Part shown: positions 59,007-64,000 of the stretch, one piece after another
Numbering within the stretch: position 1 is the stretch's first letter
How the letters are laid out: every line of letters begins with the position of its first letter
Assembly (NCBI GenBank): GCA_965222225.1
Contig: CBDCTK010000002.1
Location: forward strand, 5,472,001 to 5,536,000
DNA from: Candidatus Poribacteria bacterium
Lineage (GTDB): Bacteria > Poribacteria > WGA-4E > JAJDTR01
DNA length: 64,000 bases
Direction of reading: 5' to 3'
The notes under the pieces: generated by a model
Database searches by the model: none
What the model saw: the letters and a program-made list of their open reading frames with translations, nothing else
Told to the model about the DNA's origin: nothing
Translations under genes and position numbers: made by a program

Positions 59007-60479
59007 ATGAAGATTATGAGCCATGTTGGAGCCCAGTTTGGATTAGTAACCGGAATTGGCAACGAGACGTTAGAACGGCTTGTCAGTGAATCGGCTCGTC
59101 GGCAACTTGACCGTCGAATGGCAGCAATACAATTGTTATTTCGGCAAGAAGCGGACTGGCCTCTTGACAAGTTAGGGTGTCACCAACGAGCGTGGATTCG
59201 TAGCCATTTGCAAGATGAACATGTCGATCGAACGCTGGAGTTGGCAACCCGTGCGCGTGAAGATTTCTCCGTCCTTGTAACAATAGGTATCGGCGGGTCA
59301 GATTTGAGTGCCCGTGTATTTCATGATATACTTAACCATCCTTTTCACAACTTGCTATCCTTGGACGAACGCGGAAATGCACCTGAAGTCTACTTTACAG
59401 GTGATACGTTCGACGCCTTTCGCCTCAACGGTTTGTTGGGGATGTTAGCGGCGCGCGGGCTATTGGGCAAGACACTTTTCAATGTCATAAGCAAGTCGGG
59501 GCGAACAGGCGAAACCATTGCGACCTTGGCGATTATCCGCGACCGGTTACAGAGCGGTTGCAACGCCAAGAGTCCGGAATCCTGGCGTCGTCAAGTCGTA
59601 GCAACCACTGGATTGAATCCCGATAGTGCCCTTTACCGGATGCATCAGGAGCACATGTTTTATGGAGAAACATTACTTCCCGTGCCAGAGGGTGTTGGGG
59701 GGCGTTTTTCCGCGTTTTCGCCGGTTGGACTCTTCTTCCTAGCTATGACCGCGGGCAAGGGTGAATCGCCGCGATCTCGTGTACAAAAAGCCCTCAGCGG
59801 GGTTGACAAGGCTGACGCATTATTCCAAACTCCGACCACGGAGATCGAAAATGTACCTTATCGCCTTGCCCGATGGTTGCACCTTGCAGAAATGTGGGCG
59901 GGTAAGAACAATCTCGTTTTTTATAACTACGCGGACAATCGTTATTTGGGGGATTGGTTTGTGCAACTTTACGACGAATCTCTTCAAGAACGCGGTCAAG
60001 GGCTCAATGTAATCACTGCCCTCGGTCCTACTAGCAACCACTCCATTCTGAACGGCATTCTGAATGGACCAAGGGATAAAGTTGTCCTGTTCATCGGTTG
60101 GCGTGAACTTGGAGAGGACTTGGCGATTCCGTCACGGACGGGCATTGGTGGCGACCTAGAGTCATTTGAAGGGCTGTCAATGAATCAAGTACAAGCCGCT
60201 TCCTACCAAGGCACTATAGAGGATTTTAGCGAATCGGGCATTCCGACCGCAACGCTGTCTGTTCCGAAACGAGATGTTCACAATCTCTGCAAACTAATGC
60301 GTGTGCTGATGGACTGTGTTGCCGTCAAAGGGCGCTTACAAGCGTTCCATGTGAACGATGCTGACATGGTGGATTTCAAAAGTGAGCTGACCTACCGTCA
60401 GGATGGTGTGGAAGGCTATAAAGAACGTACACGCCGGATTGCCGCATCCATAAAACGCGATACTGATTGCTCATCATGA
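59007..60479 (+). CDS. pgi: Glucose-6-phosphate isomerase (divergent)
   Basis: IGIGGSDL, VISKSGRTGET, VGGRFS, QL..ES and QDGVEGYK motifs; start uncertain. Confidence 0.8.
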   Translation: MKIMSHVGAQFGLVTGIGNETLERLVSESARRQLDRRMAAIQLLFRQEADWPLDKLGCHQRAWIRSHLQDEHVDRTLELATRAREDFSVLVTIGIGGSDLSARVFHDILNHPFHNLLSLDERGNAPEVYFTGDTFDAFRLNGLLGMLAARGLLGKTLFNVISKSGRTGETIATLAIIRDRLQSGCNAKSPESWRRQVVATTGLNPDSALYRMHQEHMFYGETLLPVPEGVGGRFSAFSPVGLFFLAMTAGKGESPRSRVQKALSGVDKADALFQTPTTEIENVPYRLARWLHLAEMWAGKNNLVFYNYADNRYLGDWFVQLYDESLQERGQGLNVITALGPTSNHSILNGILNGPRDKVVLFIGWRELGEDLAIPSRTGIGGDLESFEGLSMNQVQAASYQGTIEDFSESGIPTATLSVPKRDVHNLCKLMRVLMDCVAVKGRLQAFHVNDADMVDFKSELTYRQDGVEGYKERTRRIAASIKRDTDCSS

Positions 60480-60511
60480 TTGGCATTTGACACATTTGGG
60501 CATAGCGATCT

Positions 60512-61636
60512 GTGGGCGCTTTTCGTGCAGAATTTGTGCTCCGAAACTCCGAACCTTGCAACACGTTGCGTTTGCGTGGGACTTTTGAAAAAGTAACAAT
60601 TGACGAGGCTGATTTGAGAAACATCCTTTTGATTCGTCTCAGTTCACTCGGTGACGTTGTTCTTGCCTCCCCAGCAATCCGTGCGGTGCGCAATCATTTT
60701 CCAAATGCACGTATTTCCATGCTTGTCGCAAGCCAATCTGCAGATCTACTTACAGAAAATCCACATCTTGACGAAGTCCTACGGTTTGATCGCCATGCCA
60801 AGGACAAGGACACGGCAGAGATGATTAGATTGGTTCGTGCCCTGCGTGAACGACAGTTCGATCTTATTATTGATTTCCAGCGGAAATTTCGCACGAGCCT
60901 GCTTGGATACTTGAGTGGTGCAAAGTGTCGAGTGGGTTATCATCAACCAAACGGGCTTTTATGTTCTGTGCGTGTTCCCGATTCGTCCGGACACGCCATC
61001 GATCGTTACTTTGCCCTGCTGCATGCCCTGGGAATCGAGGCGAAAGATCGAACGTTGGAGTTGTTTCTCTCGGAATGCGATCGGAAATATGCACGGGACG
61101 CCATGGAAAAACAAAGCATTGGTGGAAACAGGCCAACGGTAGGGTTATTCCCAGGTGCTGGGTGGAAGTTACGGGAATGGATGCCCGATCGCTTCGCGGC
61201 GATTGGCGACCGTTTGGTCAGAGAATTCGGTGCACAGGTAATTGTCTTCGGCGGACGACATGAATGTCAATTGGCTAATTGTGTAATCGGCCTGATGACC
61301 GAGCAAGCAGTGTCATTTGCCGGAAACCATCCGATTTGCCGGTTGGCGGCTCTGATCGAGCGCTGTAATCTCTTCCTTACAAATGACACCGGGCCGATGC
61401 ATATTGCTGCCGCATTACGTACGCCAACAGTTGCTCTGTTTGGCCCCGGCGACCACATCCGTTTTCAACCGCTGGATCCCATTCATAGTATTATCCGCCA
61501 CGAAGTCCCGTGTAATCCGTGCAAACAATTCACTAATCATTGCAAGGATAATGTCTGTATGAAATTGATTACAGTTGATGAGGTGTGGGAAACTATTTGC
61601 CAAAGGCTAAGCCAAAATCTAATCCAACTGCAATAG
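60512..61636 (+). CDS. GT9 lipopolysaccharide heptosyltransferase (WaaF-like)
   Basis: ILLIRLSSLGDVV, NDTGPMHIAAA, TVALFGP and C.PC...C...CM motifs; start uncertain. Confidence 0.9.
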   Translation: MGAFRAEFVLRNSEPCNTLRLRGTFEKVTIDEADLRNILLIRLSSLGDVVLASPAIRAVRNHFPNARISMLVASQSADLLTENPHLDEVLRFDRHAKDKDTAEMIRLVRALRERQFDLIIDFQRKFRTSLLGYLSGAKCRVGYHQPNGLLCSVRVPDSSGHAIDRYFALLHALGIEAKDRTLELFLSECDRKYARDAMEKQSIGGNRPTVGLFPGAGWKLREWMPDRFAAIGDRLVREFGAQVIVFGGRHECQLANCVIGLMTEQAVSFAGNHPICRLAALIERCNLFLTNDTGPMHIAAALRTPTVALFGPGDHIRFQPLDPIHSIIRHEVPCNPCKQFTNHCKDNVCMKLITVDEVWETICQRLSQNLIQLQ

Positions 61637-61800
61637 GTGGGTTTTGATGAGATTAGTATGCAGTAATTTCGTCAATAGACAGGAGATTAAAGAACTACGC
61701 GATACAACCCGTCAGGGGTGGCGCTAAATGTTACATATTGCCAACCGTTGTGAACTTTATTACTGATGGTTCTGGTGAATTACCACCATTGGGAGAAAAA

Positions 61801-63108
61801 ATGCGTGAGATGAATGAGACGGCGTGGGGGACTTCCTCACAGCGAGCAATTCTTGTTGGCGTCAAGTTACGAAATGGCTTGATGCATGAGGTGGAAGATT
61901 CACTAGCGGAGTTGGAGCAACTTGCAGAAACTGCTGGAATGGAAGTCGTCGGCGAGATTGTCCAAACACGCGCATCCCCAAATCCAACTTATTTTGTAGG
62001 GCAAGGAAAAATTAAAGAGCTTCAAGTATCGATTGAAGAATTACGTGCTGATACAGTCATTTTTGATGAAGACCTTGCGCCTGCCCAAACGCGCAACATT
62101 GAAGGGGCGCTTGATATCGTCGTAGTAGATCGTACGGGCTTGATTCTGGAAATATTCAGACAACGTGCACAAACAAAGGAAGCTACGCTTCAGGTAGACC
62201 TTGCCCGGTTGGAATATGCATTACCTCGCCTGACACGGATGTGGTCTCACCTGTCGCGCCAAGCGACGGGCGGAGGTGGACGAATCGGAGGTGCCATGCG
62301 CGGTGAAGGCGAAACGCAAATTCAGACGGACCGACGTCTGATTCGTCGGGAAATTACAAAGATTAAGAAGTCCTTGCAAGTCGTGGATACCCAACGTCGT
62401 GTCCGACGTCATGACCGTAAGGAAATGGCAAATGTCTCACTAGTTGGTTACACAAATGCTGGTAAATCAACACTCTTCAATCAACTTACCGGCGAGAATC
62501 GAGAGGTCGAAGATAAACTATTTGCAACATTGGACTCGACCACACGCATGGTCAAGTTGCCGAGTCATCACCGTATTCTTCTGAGTGACACTGTCGGCTT
62601 CATCAAGAAACTTCCACATCATCTGGTTGCTGCGTTCAAAGCAACTCTAGACGAGGTTGCCGAAGCCAAACTGCTCCTCCATGTGGTAGATGTGAGTCAT
62701 CCACAAGTAGAAATACAAATCGACGCAGTTAATGAGGTGCTTGATGAATTGGGTGCGTCTAAAATACCGATTTTAATGGTGTTTAACAAGATAGATTGTC
62801 TTGAGGATGAAGCCCCTCTATGCCTGCTGCGAAGCCGATACCCGGAAAGCATCAATATCTCTGCCCGACGAGGCGATGGTCTTGCCGCCCTACGAATGGA
62901 GTTAGCCAATCGATTTGCAGAAAATGATGTTGACGTGTCGCTTACCCTTCCGTATTCAGAAGGTAAGAAACTAGATTTTGTATACAAGAATGGTGAAGTG
63001 CTAGAAGTTAATTACCAAGGCGATGCAATCTTAGTCACAGCAAGAGTACCGGAACGATACTTGGAGGGATTGAAACAGTTCATGGCGACACATGAGGAGC
63101 ACTCTTAA
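61801..63108 (+). CDS. hflX: GTPase HflX
   Basis: DRTGLILEIF..RA.TKEA.LQV, GYTNAGKST, LFATLD, DTVGFI and NKID motifs. Confidence 0.96.
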   Translation: MREMNETAWGTSSQRAILVGVKLRNGLMHEVEDSLAELEQLAETAGMEVVGEIVQTRASPNPTYFVGQGKIKELQVSIEELRADTVIFDEDLAPAQTRNIEGALDIVVVDRTGLILEIFRQRAQTKEATLQVDLARLEYALPRLTRMWSHLSRQATGGGGRIGGAMRGEGETQIQTDRRLIRREITKIKKSLQVVDTQRRVRRHDRKEMANVSLVGYTNAGKSTLFNQLTGENREVEDKLFATLDSTTRMVKLPSHHRILLSDTVGFIKKLPHHLVAAFKATLDEVAEAKLLLHVVDVSHPQVEIQIDAVNEVLDELGASKIPILMVFNKIDCLEDEAPLCLLRSRYPESINISARRGDGLAALRMELANRFAENDVDVSLTLPYSEGKKLDFVYKNGEVLEVNYQGDAILVTARVPERYLEGLKQFMATHEEHS

Positions 63109-63126
63109 GGCATAAGATTTGCCGTG

Positions 63127-64000
63127 TTACGAATGCCTCAATGCGTCAATTGGTGAGAGGTTAGCCGCTCGACTCGCGGGATAATATCCAAAAAAGACGC
63201 CCACGCTAACACCAGATAGAACAGCAATTAGTATAGATTCCACTGTGATAACCGAGGGCCACTTGATGAAATCCTGCATCAACTTGCTGACCGCCCATGC
63301 GAACCCTTTTCCCATCAACGCACCTGCTCCAATACCAATCAACCCGCCAATGCAACACAGCATAACCGATTCCGTCAGGAACTGGAGGCGAATATCCATA
63401 CTCTTGGCACCGACTGCTTTGAGTAATCCTATCTCGGGAATCCTTTCAGTCACAGACACAAGCATAATGTTCAAGATACCAATCCCACCCACCACCAGCG
63501 AAACAGATGCAATCGCAACAAGAATGATTTCAATAATGGAAATAATTCGATTGGCGGTCTTCAGTTCCTCTTTCATTATCCACGTCTCAAAGAAAGCCAC
63601 GTTTCCATGATCGCGATTAAGAACGGTTTTCACCTCACGAACTGCACGGTCAACGAGTTCGTGGTTTTTCGCACGAATCAGAATATGCCCAACACGGTCG
63701 TTACCCCAGAAGTGTGTCTGCGCTGTAGTTATGGGTAAGAACACTTGATTGTCTTCACTATTTTCCGGATCCAATCCCGTGCCCCGAGACTCCATGATTC
63801 CGATAACTGTAAATCGGTGATTGTTAACTTTGAGTTCCCTGCCGACGGGGTTAAGTCCGGCGAACAAATCTCGCCAAATCTCCTCACCGATTACACACAC
63901 TTTGCTCCACGTGTCAAGGTCGTCATCTGACAAGAATCTGCCATAGCCGCTGTACCACTTGCGAGCAATTTGGTATTCAAAAGAAGTAGCCTGCATGCGA
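63127..64000 (-). CDS. MacB/FtsX-like ABC transporter permease (5' part outside window)
   Basis: VGGIGILNIMLVSVTERI.EIG..KAVGA, QFLTES and FFGYYPASRAA.L.PIDALR motifs. Confidence 0.93.
   Translation of the reverse strand, partial: RMQATSFEYQIARKWYSGYGRFLSDDDLDTWSKVCVIGEEIWRDLFAGLNPVGRELKVNNHRFTVIGIMESRGTGLDPENSEDNQVFLPITTAQTHFWGNDRVGHILIRAKNHELVDRAVREVKTVLNRDHGNVAFFETWIMKEELKTANRIISIIEIILVAIASVSLVVGGIGILNIMLVSVTERIPEIGLLKAVGAKSMDIRLQFLTESVMLCCIGGLIGIGAGALMGKGFAWAVSKLMQDFIKWPSVITVESILIAVLSGVSVGVFFGYYPASRAANLSPIDALRHS

Overview
A bacterial chromosome segment, probably from Candidatus Poribacteria. This is an inference from secreted LamG-like proteins ending in AVDPADKVTTTWGxxK, several PhyH, sulfatase and Gfo/Idh/MocA genes, and a C25 peptidase-PorV pair. 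Bases 1-16 kb are housekeeping genes (glyQ, recO, tRNA-Pro, CorC, ybeY, phoH, TatD, Maf, PpiD-like, OGG glycosylase, GT4). Bases 16-30.4 kb are an accessory, recombination-scarred zone. It holds a MITE-like element, an IS1595-family transposase, a broken SIR2 defence-type gene and a hicBA module. Its most striking feature is seven paralogous secreted beta-repeat genes, six of which run directly into the 5' end of the same Cre-like tyrosine recombinase. These genes have mosaic N- and C-termini, and six of the seven lie in two blocks bounded by att-like direct repeats; one repeat duplicates the 5' end of a sulfatase gene. A recurring GCGATAGRNATCCCA motif lies near the block edges. This is the best candidate for an undescribed recombinase-linked variable surface-protein cassette system. 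Bases 30-40 kb are a catabolic cluster. Bases 40-52 kb hold tandem TTWG-tailed LamG-like genes, a Zn-PLC/nuclease and a PorU-like/PorV-like pair. Bases 52-64 kb hold a peptidoglycan-recycling cluster, a UxxC selenoprotein split by the ORF caller, UGPase, pgi, GT9, hflX and a partial ABC permease. All family calls come from motif recognition by eye; no searches were run.
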